Below are positions 54,639-64,000 of a DNA stretch of 64,000 nucleotides, piece after piece. Within the stretch, counting starts at the first letter, position 1. Each line of letters starts with the position of its first letter. The notes under the pieces are model-generated. The model was not told where the DNA came from and made no database searches. It saw only the letters and a program-made list of their open reading frames with translations. The position numbers and the translations under genes were made by a program. The DNA comes from Bacteroidota bacterium (GTDB lineage Bacteria; Bacteroidota; Bacteroidia; UBA7662): NCBI GenBank assembly GCA_005799065.1, contig SYHW01000068.1:10272-74271 (forward strand), read 5' to 3'.

Positions 54639-55694
54639 ATGTTCTTGAAAATGCGATTATGGAACATCATAGGTCGATTGTCTGTTGCATCGCGCTTGAG
54701 CCTTTGGATATTATTCGCCCTTGGATTATTGTCGGTTTTGGCTCCGTGGGTTTCACCGGATTCAACCCCCGATGCCAATAGACAAGATGTGCGCATCCGA
54801 ACCCTAGAACCGGCCCGATCGGTTGATTTTCTGATAGAACCGCGTTCGTCTGTGGAACCGCGTTCGTCTGTGGAACCGCGTCATAGCCAAAGTCGAATTC
54901 CGCTAAGCTGGTATGAGCCCAACCAAACCGGTTTTCGCTATGTAGTCTGGGACCAGCCTTATGACACTTTAAGTGTATCTCCATCAGCGGGCCACAGCAT
55001 TTCTATTGAATCTCAGACATTTTGGTTCGGTACAGATTTAATGGGTCGCGATTTATTGAGCCGTCTGCTCCTGGGGATGCGGAGCACATTAAAAATCGGC
55101 GTGTTTGCCGTATTGGTGAGTCTATTGGTCGGGATTTTCATAGGAATTCTGGCAGGTTATTTTGGGGGAAAGGTCGACCAAATCCTGACTTGGCTCATGC
55201 AAGTGGTGTGGTCGGTGCCCTCGATTATGCTGGTCATCGCTTTTTCTCTCGCATTGGGCAGAGGCGCTTGGCAGATCTATCTCGCAGTAGGTCTTACATT
55301 ATGGGTAGATGTAGCACGCCTGGTTCGGGGTGAGGCTCGTCGGCTGCGTGAACAGGAATTTGTGCAGGCGGCCCAGGTGTTGGGGTATAGTTCAATTCGG
55401 ATCATGATGCATCATCTTCTGCCCAATATGCTCGGCCCCATACTCATTATGGCCGCAGCGCAATTTGCCAGTGCCATCTTGGTGGAGTCTGGCCTCAGCT
55501 TCTTGGGCCTGGGCATTCAACCGCCTGCGCCGAGTCTGGGGATGATGATTCGCGAGCATTATCCCTATATTCTGACGCGATCCGCGTGGTTAGCCATCGC
55601 GCCAGGTGTTGTCATTTCATTGATGGTGTTGACCTGCAACTTGCTCAGCACAGGAATGAGCGACCTGTTAGGAAGAGTCGAGAAAAAATCTTAA
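54639..55694 (+). CDS. ABC transporter permease, DppC/OppC-like
   Basis: N-terminal TM helix, a ~110-aa periplasmic insert, then GTDLMGRDLLSRLL and the EAA-loop region (FVQAAQVLGYSSIRIMMHHLLPN). Confidence 0.85.
   Translation: MFLKMRLWNIIGRLSVASRLSLWILFALGLLSVLAPWVSPDSTPDANRQDVRIRTLEPARSVDFLIEPRSSVEPRSSVEPRHSQSRIPLSWYEPNQTGFRYVVWDQPYDTLSVSPSAGHSISIESQTFWFGTDLMGRDLLSRLLLGMRSTLKIGVFAVLVSLLVGIFIGILAGYFGGKVDQILTWLMQVVWSVPSIMLVIAFSLALGRGAWQIYLAVGLTLWVDVARLVRGEARRLREQEFVQAAQVLGYSSIRIMMHHLLPNMLGPILIMAAAQFASAILVESGLSFLGLGIQPPAPSLGMMIREHYPYILTRSAWLAIAPGVVISLMVLTCNLLSTGMSDLLGRVEKKS
54837..54883 (+). repeat. 18-bp in-frame tandem repeat (EPRSSV x2 plus a partial unit) in the permease periplasmic insert
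   Basis: gaaccgcgttcgtctgtg at 54837-54854 and 54855-54872, with a partial third unit. Confidence 0.9.
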
Positions 55695-55703
55695 GTTGCC
55701 TTG

Positions 55704-56573
55704 ATGAATGTGGATCCACTGGATGTGTCTAAATTAGGTGACTATACCCCTACACGGGTCACAGCGCTTCGGCATCAGGTCGAATTACTCAACCGGCAAC
55801 TGGAGCGAATGCTCGAGAACCGATTGGTGCAAGAACGTATGAAGCAGGAATTGTCGCTGGCGTCGCAGGTACAGGGATTCCTCATCCCGGATCAACTACC
55901 GAATACTTCGAGCCTATCCATGTCGGCCATTTACGTGCCCCACCATGATGTTGGCGGCGATTACTATGATGTTGTAGAAATGGCACTCGGCAAATGGTTG
56001 TTTTGTGTGGCCGACGTGGCCGGAAAAGGGGTTTCGGCGGCCTTGCTGATGGCCCATTTGCAGGCCAGCATGAGAGCGCTTGCAAGGTCATACACAGATC
56101 TAAACAACTTGGTACTCGACATCAATGAGTTATTGGGACATGCCACCCGTTCTGAACGTTTTGTGACCTTGTTTTTGGGCACTTTAGACGAGCGAAGTGG
56201 CGAATTAGAGTATGTGTGCGCTGGTCATATCCCCGCTATTCGTTTTGGAGCTGGGCGCCATGAATACCTTGATCAGGGTACGACCTTGTTGGGGATGTTT
56301 CAGCCCTTGCCCTTCATGGACTTGGGTAGATGTGTTTTAGATCCAGGCGATGTGCTGATGATCTGTACGGATGGAGTCGTAGAGGCTCAAGGCGACCGTA
56401 AAGAGCCCTTTGGATTGGATCGACTGGTAGAACGCATGGACGAAACAACGGATTTAAGTCCGGATGTATTGAACAGTAGACTACTCGATCGGTTGATTGC
56501 CCATCGGGGCGGTTGGAATTTTGCCGACGATTTGACCCTGCTCACCATTCGGTATACTGGGGGTCGAGCCTAA
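55704..56573 (+). CDS. PP2C/SpoIIE-family serine phosphatase
   Basis: Coiled-coil N-terminus and PP2C motifs GGDYYDV, VADVAGKGVSAALLMA and ICTDGVVEA. Confidence 0.88.
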   Translation: MNVDPLDVSKLGDYTPTRVTALRHQVELLNRQLERMLENRLVQERMKQELSLASQVQGFLIPDQLPNTSSLSMSAIYVPHHDVGGDYYDVVEMALGKWLFCVADVAGKGVSAALLMAHLQASMRALARSYTDLNNLVLDINELLGHATRSERFVTLFLGTLDERSGELEYVCAGHIPAIRFGAGRHEYLDQGTTLLGMFQPLPFMDLGRCVLDPGDVLMICTDGVVEAQGDRKEPFGLDRLVERMDETTDLSPDVLNSRLLDRLIAHRGGWNFADDLTLLTIRYTGGRA

Positions 56574-57989
56574 GACTTTTGCTGGATGGTAGACTTCTAA
56601 TCCGACCATCATGGCCATGAATCCCCAAAACAAAACGGTCGTTTTGTCGAAGTCGAGATAATTGTTCAGCGCACCGTGCGTGAGATAGGTCACCATACCC
56701 AGTAATGCCATCAGGCAGGTGTAGCGGAGAAATTCATCGGACTGTAAACGGAAGTACCGCATCCCCCTTTGGATGCTGAATGAAATCAGCAAAAGAAACA
56801 ATCCCATGCCTGGAAGGCCCATTTCCACCAGGGGGTTAAAATATTCGCTGTGAATTCCCCCGACGTCGGCCTGATTGGTGCTGATGATGGTCTTCTCACC
56901 GGGCTTTTGAAAGGGAGCATATTGAAACATATAGGTGCCAGGCCCCCAACCCATCAAGGGTCGCTCTTGAAACATCCTGAATCCACTGGCCCAACGATTC
57001 AACCGCTCCAAATTAGAGGCATCCGTGCGAACATTGGATATCGAGCGAAGGTGTTTGCCCAGGTCATCATGCGAATCCGTTTTGTTGCGCATCAATTTCA
57101 TCGTGATGTCGGTTTGAAACACAAAAAACAAGGCAACCAACACACCGGCTAAGCCCATGAGCATGCGGAATCGCAGGCCCAAGCGCAGTAAAATATAAAA
57201 TACCAAGGCGGCAGCCGTGCCCAACCAAGCCGCCCTTGTATAGCTGAGAATCAGCCCCGCTAAAAAAACAACGAATAAAATAGAAATGGGCAGCAGCAGC
57301 GAACGTTTGTTGAGAAACAACTTTGACTGCAGCATATAGATGGCCAGCACGGGTATGAAAAAGGCGACCATAGCACCGTAGATGCCATGGTTGATGACGA
57401 AGGGTTCGCTTGCCCAGTAGGATGCCTGTTTGGTGAAGCCGAAAGTACTGTGGCGTAAAATACTCCATATGATGAGAAAGGCAAGCGGAAGGATGTAAAG
57501 CCAAATAAACTGATGGGGTTTGCTGCGGTTTTTGAAAATGAGCAGGGGTAAAAAGTAGAAGCCTACAACAAACCAAAGATTCGAGAGCAGAAATTTGAAT
57601 GATACCAAAGGAATGGAGCTGTTGATCGAGCAGAGCAACATCCATCCCAAATAGGCCAATAGGCTGAGGGTTACCGGATGGCGAAAAACGGCGGGATCGT
57701 ATCGTCCATCGATCATGAGTTTGAGGCCAAACCACAGCAGCAGGCCCATAAGAAGTGGTTCAGTGGGCAGAGAAATGGCAGCACCGAGCGGCTTTACATC
57801 AACCAAGATGCTGAGGGGTGTGCAAAAAACGACGCCCAGAACCACCCGGTCGGGGTATTGGAAAATGAGATAGCCAGCCCACAACGCGAGCGGAATCAGT
57901 GCGATGAGCCAAAGCTCGAGGGCCACAGCAGCTGCCATAAGCCCGACAAAGCTGAGCGATAAAAACCAAATGATGGGTCGGGCAAACAT
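56481..57989 (-). CDS. O-antigen ligase (Wzy_C) family membrane protein
   Basis: About 12 TM helices with a large loop and the typical pattern ...LSYTRAAWLG.... The 3' end overlaps the convergent phosphatase gene by 93 nt. Confidence 0.75.
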   Translation of the reverse strand: MFARPIIWFLSLSFVGLMAAAVALELWLIALIPLALWAGYLIFQYPDRVVLGVVFCTPLSILVDVKPLGAAISLPTEPLLMGLLLWFGLKLMIDGRYDPAVFRHPVTLSLLAYLGWMLLCSINSSIPLVSFKFLLSNLWFVVGFYFLPLLIFKNRSKPHQFIWLYILPLAFLIIWSILRHSTFGFTKQASYWASEPFVINHGIYGAMVAFFIPVLAIYMLQSKLFLNKRSLLLPISILFVVFLAGLILSYTRAAWLGTAAALVFYILLRLGLRFRMLMGLAGVLVALFFVFQTDITMKLMRNKTDSHDDLGKHLRSISNVRTDASNLERLNRWASGFRMFQERPLMGWGPGTYMFQYAPFQKPGEKTIISTNQADVGGIHSEYFNPLVEMGLPGMGLFLLLISFSIQRGMRYFRLQSDEFLRYTCLMALLGMVTYLTHGALNNYLDFDKTTVLFWGFMAMMVGLEVYHPAKVLGSTPSIPNGEQGQIVGKIPTAPMGNQPIE

Positions 57990-58002
57990 GCTTGAGGGCG
58001 GT

Positions 58003-59124
58003 TCAAGACTCCGCTCGGCGCCATATTTTCCACTGCTCGGCCACCACGATCAACAGAAGACACAACAGTAGACTGGAAACGGTGGAAATCAATACAATGA
58101 GCGACCGGAGGGGGTAGGTTTTTTTCTCCGCAGGTGCCGCGTCGTTCACGATGAATTTCACAGGCAACACTTCATCAACGTCTACCCTTGTTTGGTCGCG
58201 CTTCTGCCTCAGCTTCACCAGTTCTTCATTTTCTTTTTCGAGTTGTTCCTTGAGGCTGTTGTGGGCACCACCATATTGCCCAAGAAGGTTTAATTGTTCT
58301 TGCAGGCGTTTACCGCTGGCCTCGTATCCCCTTAATCGGGCCAGATTATTCAAAACAGCGGTATCACTAGCCGGCATATTCATGTCTTTATACACCTCAG
58401 CTTTTGCCCGAGCGTCGGAAACGCCGGCCATGGCTTGCACAAACAAATCGGTCGTATGGTCGATTTGCATGTCGTAGTCAAAAATGCCCAGGCCACGCAG
58501 AAGATTGAGTGAATCGTTCAGCGAACGAATGTATGACTCCTTCTTGTTGTATTGAGTTTCAACAATTTCGAGCGCCTTGCGGGCTTGTCCGAGTTGAATG
58601 GAGTTTTTGGTTTCATCCAAAAGGGCGGCAATATCGTTGGCTATCTGGGCAGCTGTTTCTGGATCGGTATCTAAAACTGAAATTTCTACCGACATATATT
58701 CCGTACGACGGAATTTGATGTTGCTCTCATAGCGCTTGTAGAGTTTGGTTTGGCGAAAGGGATCATCTGCTTTAATATCATAATGCTCCATCAGCTTATA
58801 CTTTTCAATAATCCGATTGCGAATCATATCGGAGTAGAGCAATTGAAGCAGTTGCTCAGCCTCTTCTTCTTCGCCGAATGCGAGTGGATCGCTTCGGTCA
58901 TAGGCATTTTCGCTGAGCAGCGCTTTTGAAATCGAGTTGGTGGTGGCTGGATAAAGGATGACCGTCGATTTATAGAGTGGTTTGATGAAGGTAGGTCCTG
59001 AAAACAGCACCGAGGCTAGGGCGGCCGTCAACCCTGTTACAATGAGAAGCTTGCGCCAACGCATTAAATACGTCCACATGCCCTGGCTCGTGAAGGCGTC
59101 ATTCGATGGGGTTATTTCGGTCAT
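58003..59124 (-). CDS. Wzz/GumC-like polysaccharide chain-length determinant protein
   Basis: N-terminal TM helix (LLIVTGLTAALASVLF), a coiled-coil periplasmic domain and a C-terminal TM helix. The ORF is open to 59220. ATG 59124 (MTEITPS) is preferred, so the start is uncertain. Confidence 0.7.
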   Translation of the reverse strand: MTEITPSNDAFTSQGMWTYLMRWRKLLIVTGLTAALASVLFSGPTFIKPLYKSTVILYPATTNSISKALLSENAYDRSDPLAFGEEEEAEQLLQLLYSDMIRNRIIEKYKLMEHYDIKADDPFRQTKLYKRYESNIKFRRTEYMSVEISVLDTDPETAAQIANDIAALLDETKNSIQLGQARKALEIVETQYNKKESYIRSLNDSLNLLRGLGIFDYDMQIDHTTDLFVQAMAGVSDARAKAEVYKDMNMPASDTAVLNNLARLRGYEASGKRLQEQLNLLGQYGGAHNSLKEQLEKENEELVKLRQKRDQTRVDVDEVLPVKFIVNDAAPAEKKTYPLRSLIVLISTVSSLLLCLLLIVVAEQWKIWRRAES

Positions 59125-59226
59125 TTTTGGGGTAGGTGAGTTTGAAGAACTGGATGAAAGCCATGTGCCGCTCCTAAAGGCCAGGCGCCGTATGCACCGT
59201 TTTCGCCGTATGCGTCGCAAAAATAG

Positions 59227-60699
59227 TCAATTGTTGGTTTTTTGACGGTTGCCTAGAATGGTTGGCCACTGGCGGGGATACATACCATCAGCTGTAAGCA
59301 GGATGATGGGCCAGAGAGCAGTGAGCCCAATTCTCAGGGCCAGCGGGCTTGATGGGCTTGTGCTCGAAGCTGCGCCAATCAACAAGATGAGGGTGGCCAC
59401 AGCGACCCACCAACGTCGACCTGCGATGGCAGAAGAAAAATGTCTCATGCAAACCAGGCCCTGACCCACACACAAAACCAGCTGGGTGATGAGGGTAGCT
59501 TGCGCTGCGCCCAGTCCACCCGACTTGGGAATGAGCCAGAAGTTCAGGCATACATTCGCAACCAGTGCCGAAAGGGCGAGTTGATTTAATGTTCTGAGTT
59601 GGCCAGCAGCAGTAAGTAAGGTCCCCCACACATAACTGAGCGAGACTGGGATGCAGCAAAGTCCAATCCAAAAAAGCGTATCCGTTTGGGAATCTGATTG
59701 GTGTTTATAGAGGTAGCCCATTATTTCATGTCGAAAGGCTATTAATCCCCAAGAAAGGCACAGCCCGATGGAAAGCATCAGGTAGGTCACTGACCGAATC
59801 CACCCCGATTTGAGGGTGTTGTTCGACAGATGATGGGCAAATTGAGGGAGCAATATGCCACTCAACAGAACAGGGATCATGTTGGTGGCGTCGAGCAAGC
59901 GATAGGAAGATGCATACAGCCCCGCCTGGAGTTCAGGTTCAAGGTGAAGGGCGCGGATCATCACTAGATCTATTCGGGTATATAAACCGGCCAAAAGTCC
60001 CAGAAGGGCATATGGGAAAATTTGCTTTAGAAGTATCTTTTGTGCTGCCCAAGAAAAGCTTGGCCGAAGATTGAATGTATTGCTCAGCATGAACCCCATA
60101 AGTAGTGTAGGCACTAATGTCGCCAGCAGTTGAATCCAAATGAAAGCCGAAATCGGCTGTTGCCCGCCATAACTCCAGCCCAACCAAATGAACGGGAAGG
60201 CGGCAACCGTCATCAGCCATTTATCAAGGATGCCCATCCAACCCTCCCTCATAAAGCGCATTTGACCGGATAATATCGAACGCAAGAGCAGATTAAACGC
60301 ATGAAAACCTTGTTGAACACCCAGAAGTAGAAGCCAGTAGATCGACTGAGGTGGGTAATCGAGGAATAATCCGATACACAAGGTGCTCAACAGGTACAGC
60401 ACCCAGAGTATTGCCTTTAGTCCCACCATCGAAGGTAGATTCTTGAGCGAACGCTCGCCTTGAGCGGCGATGGTTCGGGTATTGAAATTGGATAAGCCCG
60501 CATCGAGGACGGCGCTGAGCATGAGCGACAAACTGAGTAGGGTGTAGTATGAGCCGTAGGCGACCGGCCCGAGTTGGTTTTGAAGGCCTCGGTCGATCAG
60601 CAGGATCCAAATTGGCTTCACCAACAGGTTCAACAGAACGATATAGCCTCCGTTTGTGAGCAATTGACGGCGCATCCTAACAAAACTGCAAAATAGCAC
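59227..60699 (-). CDS. oligosaccharide flippase (Wzx/MOP family)
   Basis: About 12-14 TM helices and a Wzx-like N-terminus (LLNLLVKPIWILLIDRGLQN). Confidence 0.75.
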   Translation of the reverse strand: MLFCSFVRMRRQLLTNGGYIVLLNLLVKPIWILLIDRGLQNQLGPVAYGSYYTLLSLSLMLSAVLDAGLSNFNTRTIAAQGERSLKNLPSMVGLKAILWVLYLLSTLCIGLFLDYPPQSIYWLLLLGVQQGFHAFNLLLRSILSGQMRFMREGWMGILDKWLMTVAAFPFIWLGWSYGGQQPISAFIWIQLLATLVPTLLMGFMLSNTFNLRPSFSWAAQKILLKQIFPYALLGLLAGLYTRIDLVMIRALHLEPELQAGLYASSYRLLDATNMIPVLLSGILLPQFAHHLSNNTLKSGWIRSVTYLMLSIGLCLSWGLIAFRHEIMGYLYKHQSDSQTDTLFWIGLCCIPVSLSYVWGTLLTAAGQLRTLNQLALSALVANVCLNFWLIPKSGGLGAAQATLITQLVLCVGQGLVCMRHFSSAIAGRRWWVAVATLILLIGAASSTSPSSPLALRIGLTALWPIILLTADGMYPRQWPTILGNRQKTNN

Positions 60700-60722
60700 G
60701 AATTATTGCGGAAATTTGCTTC

Positions 60723-61772
60723 ATGTTTCGGGGAGAACGCGGACTCTTTTTGGCTTCATGGTGTTTGAGCGGGTTGCTTCGCCTACTGTTTCCTCGACCA
60801 CCTCAACAGCCTAAGCGAATATTGATCATACGACTCGACGAAATTGGGGATATGATCACCACGCTGCCTGTGTTTGCGCGCCTAAAAGCAGCGTATCCCC
60901 GAGCAGAAATCACCTTGTGGTGCCGCCCAGCTGTGGTGCCCATGATGCAGTCCTCAGCCCACATTCAGCGAATAATAAGCGAAAGACGTGAATTGAGGGG
61001 TCGCTATGATGTACTGGTGGATTTGCGGGGCACATACCAAAGCTTGTTCTACGCACTCAAACACCCTGCCTTTCGGGTCGACCGGGGTTCGCACCGGTTT
61101 ATGAATCGTCTTAAGCGGCGCGGTCAGCCACACGAGGTGCACATCAATCAAATCATTATTGCCCCCTTGTTGAAGCGCTCCGGACAATCCCTCACGCCAT
61201 TCCATGCCCCACGTCTTCAGATCGCCGCAAGAAACCATGAAAGCGCCACCCTTTTCTTGCAGAGGCATGCCATCGAGCGTTTTATGGTGATTCACACCGG
61301 TGCTCGTTGGGTGTATCGACGATGGGCCTTAGATAAATGGGCAGAGCTGGCTGTGGTGATGCGCCAACGCCACGAATGTGAAATCGTATTCGTGGGAGGT
61401 GCCGATGATGTGGCAGACATCCGAAAAATCATGAGGATACTTCCTTTCGAGGCCTACAGTTGGGCCGGACAATCCTCGCTTTTGGATTATGCCGCATTGG
61501 TTTCGAGAGCAGTGTGTATGATTGGCAATGAAAGCGGCCCAATGCACATCGCTGCAGCCATGGATGTGCCTGTGATTGCCCTTTTTGGCCCGGGTATCCC
61601 ATCAGTCTTTGCACCCTATGGGTCCAAGGCGCAGTTCATTCACCATAAATTACCGTGCAACCCGTGTGCCCAAAAAACCTGTGTGTTGCCCGACAATCCC
61701 TGTATGAATCGAATCAGTGTTCAAGATGTCTTGCGGCTTGTGCAGAACATAGACGGGGTAGTGTTGGGGTAA
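60723..61772 (+). CDS. glycosyltransferase family 9 (heptosyltransferase-like)
   Basis: ILIIRLDEIGDMITTLPVF N-terminal motif and a C-terminal GNESGPMHIAAAMDVPVIALFGP motif. Confidence 0.85.
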   Translation: MFRGERGLFLASWCLSGLLRLLFPRPPQQPKRILIIRLDEIGDMITTLPVFARLKAAYPRAEITLWCRPAVVPMMQSSAHIQRIISERRELRGRYDVLVDLRGTYQSLFYALKHPAFRVDRGSHRFMNRLKRRGQPHEVHINQIIIAPLLKRSGQSLTPFHAPRLQIAARNHESATLFLQRHAIERFMVIHTGARWVYRRWALDKWAELAVVMRQRHECEIVFVGGADDVADIRKIMRILPFEAYSWAGQSSLLDYAALVSRAVCMIGNESGPMHIAAAMDVPVIALFGPGIPSVFAPYGSKAQFIHHKLPCNPCAQKTCVLPDNPCMNRISVQDVLRLVQNIDGVVLG

Positions 61773-61805
61773 ATCAGTTAATTTTACCAGATAAATCACC
61801 GGTTA

Positions 61806-62977
61806 TGTTGAAAAAATGTATCATACTGTTGGGTTTGCTGGCGTTAAGGAGCATGCAGCCCGCTCGATCTCAAAATGATGTGGTATTGTCGCTCGCTGCA
61901 GGTCGAGAAGACGCTGAAAAGTTGATGAGTGCCTACCTAGACCCTTTTGGACAAGCATTTTCGCTCGGACTCGCCCAAAATTGGAATCAAACAGCCAAGC
62001 CATTGAAGCTGCTGCGGTTTAATGTGCAGGGTGGACTCAGCTTGGTGGCCATACCAGGCGAAGACCAGTACTTCTACCCCGAGAATTTAGGGCTTAGTAG
62101 TCTACGTCCACTCGATGCCCGGTCTACCACACTCGCTGGACCATCCAACCTGAGCTCGGCATATGTTGTGCAGGTCTCGGATCCCCTTAACCCCGGTAGT
62201 ACATTAACATTAGATACGCTAAGCGGTTTAACACCCGGCTTGGGTTTGGGACGAGTGCCAGCGCCTTTTGTTCAGTTCAATATTGGTCTTCCCGCGGGAA
62301 CGGAGTTGTCGATTCGATTGCTTCCACGATCGAGTTTATCCGGCATAGCGGGCGACATAAGCGCTTTGCCGGAACAACTTCGTGAGGATGGCAACCTGAC
62401 TTTCTGGGGTGTTGGTGTCAAGCATAGCTTATCGCAGTATCTTCCAAGGCTCCTGAAGGTGGTTCCACTCGATCTCAGCGCTTATGCCAACCATTGTGTG
62501 ATTGAATACAGACAGGACGTGCGCATCGCGGGTCCCACTGCGGCCGATTATCCCCGCGGCGTAAACGGGATGGTCACTGGATTTAGGTATGCAGGTGGGC
62601 AATCACCTGCGGATGTTACGACCCAACAATTGGTTTTAGGCAGCACGGCGAGTAGTGCAGGGCTTATACTTTCCAAGAAAATAGCCTTATTTACGCCCTA
62701 TGTACGGGCTGGTCTGATGCGCAGTAGTTTTTCATTGGCTGCGGAAGGGCAATACGATGTGCCCACTGCCCTGGTGGCGAACACCCAAAACCCAGGCACC
62801 CTCATTCAGGAATACAGCAACATCACCAAGCCCGTAGAAGTTAAAACACAGGTCGACAACTTCGGTCACTATGGCGTTGGTCTCCGTGTCAAATTTTTGG
62901 TTTTTTCAGCCCATGCAGAGATGGTCCAAATGGGTCGCTGGACTGCTTATAACGCGGGCTTATCCGTCGGTTTCTGA
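61806..62977 (+). CDS. hypothetical outer-membrane beta-barrel-like protein
   Basis: Signal peptide MLKKCIILLGLLALRSMQPARSQ from ATG 61806 (the ORF track start at 61655 overlaps GT9). Alternating beta pattern. The C-terminus ...YNAGLSVGF ends in an aromatic residue. Confidence 0.65.
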
Positions 62978-64000
62978 TTGTCCCAACTGCCCCGGGCCTG
63001 TTTTTTGGTGAGCGCGTCCCAAAGTCCAGCCAAAAGCGCCAGGTTCATCCACATAAAGTGCCTGAGGTATCGTATGGGAGGCACATGAACCCCCCATTTG
63101 GATAGGAGGAGGTCGATCCAAGACAGCAAAAGAAGAAGTCCTGCGGCGGCAAGCCCCACCTGATTGACCTTGGTTTCTGGATAGACTATGGCACAAAGTG
63201 CCAGCAACATCAACAGTAAAGGCGTAATCCATCGAATGCCTTTATGTGACCAGAACAGCCATGTGATGCGCCATCCACTTTTACCCGTCCATAAGCCTCG
63301 AAAATGCCAGAGGTTCTGAAAATTACCGCGTCCAATTCTTCTTTTTCGTCGAAATTGTACGCTGCTGTTGGTCGACAAGTGCAAAAGAACTTTGGACTTT
63401 ACGGCAAAAATGGTTTGATATCCTTGAGCGAGTATGTCTGAGAAGGTAAAAAAGTCGTCTACCACGAATCCGCTAGGAACAGGACGAAATAGCTCCTTCC
63501 GAAGGGCATAAGCTGCACCAAATCCACCAATAACGGATCCAAATGTGCTTTCCCCCTCCTTTAAGATCATTTCGCCGCGGGTGTAGGTGCGTTCTTGTGC
63601 GCCCACATCTCCGCCGGGCTCCAATAACACTTCGGCATGCGCTTGCACAGCTCCCACACCTGGGTTTGAAAAGGGCAACATCAACTCCGCCAGCGTGAAC
63701 TCGGTGAAGAGGGCATCAGCATCGGTCACTACAATTATTTGACTTGCTGCCAGGAGGATCAACTCATTGATGATGCTTGGCTTGCCCGTTCGCTCATCAT
63801 AGCGCTTCCATTTAAGCCCAGGGAAAGCAGGGGATAGTCGACTTAAAATATGATCCGTATCGTCGGTAGACGCATCCGAACCCACCCACACCTCAAGCTT
63901 GTGTTTGGGGTAGCGACACCGAAAAATGGATCGGATCTTATCTTCGATTACGCGCTCTTCATTGTGTGCCGCCATAAGTACACTCACGCTGGGAAACTCC
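62947..64000 (-). CDS. glycosyltransferase family 2 with C-terminal TM helices (5' end beyond the window)
   Basis: SVLMAAHNEERVIEDKI, VTDADA and a QxRRW-like FRRKRRIGRG motif. The reading frame remains open to the window edge upstream of ATG 63987. Confidence 0.85.
   Translation of the reverse strand, partial: EFPSVSVLMAAHNEERVIEDKIRSIFRCRYPKHKLEVWVGSDASTDDTDHILSRLSPAFPGLKWKRYDERTGKPSIINELILLAASQIIVVTDADALFTEFTLAELMLPFSNPGVGAVQAHAEVLLEPGGDVGAQERTYTRGEMILKEGESTFGSVIGGFGAAYALRKELFRPVPSGFVVDDFFTFSDILAQGYQTIFAVKSKVLLHLSTNSSVQFRRKRRIGRGNFQNLWHFRGLWTGKSGWRITWLFWSHKGIRWITPLLLMLLALCAIVYPETKVNQVGLAAAGLLLLLSWIDLLLSKWGVHVPPIRYLRHFMWMNLALLAGLWDALTKKQARGSWDNQKPTDKPAL

Noticed and set aside
1-64000. Mobile elements, prophage, defence islands, toxin-antitoxin pairs and biosynthetic gene clusters
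   Set aside because: I looked for integrase, transposase, terminase, restriction or Cas-like motifs and for flanking long repeats. None were seen. The gene content is predominantly conserved housekeeping and envelope functions.

Overview
This is a densely packed 64-kb chromosomal window that looks like a Bacteroidota genome. The evidence is type IX secretion (T9SS) C-terminal sorting domains, a PorV/PorQ-like barrel, a FISUMP lipoprotein, a GYDIA-type GHMP kinase, and TAnnTTTG -7 boxes with very short leaders. I call about 57 protein genes. I found no rRNA, tRNA, CRISPR, transposase, integrase or recognisable defence genes. The content is mostly housekeeping:
- A five-gene mevalonate operon ends in a UbiA prenyltransferase.
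- grpE-dnaJ, three consecutive parvulin-type chaperones, recA, and a lemA-TPM-TPM module are present.
- An fnr-fdx-ruvX-def operon has overlapping stop and start codons.
- rbfA, a lolE-like permease, anmK, hflX, radA, greA, a HIT protein and ruvC are present.
- A surface-glycan cluster holds an O-antigen ligase, Wzz-like protein, flippase, GT9 and GT2.

The best candidate for an undescribed system is a tightly coupled 8.7-kb three-gene outer-membrane module at 44236-52937. It encodes an oversized TonB-dependent-type barrel, a 1323-aa secreted protein with a T9SS-like C-terminal domain, and a PorV/PorQ-family barrel, followed by a strong terminator.

Other notable points:
- In-frame minisatellites recur at the 5' ends of unrelated conserved genes, and non-triplet tandem arrays sit in intergenic regions.
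- An in-frame TAA truncates a thioredoxin-fold gene.
- DnaJ retains only two of the four CxxCxGxG zinc motifs.
- There is an unlisted 41-codon membrane ORF.

All calls rest on reading motifs by eye. No HMM, BLAST or structure searches were possible.
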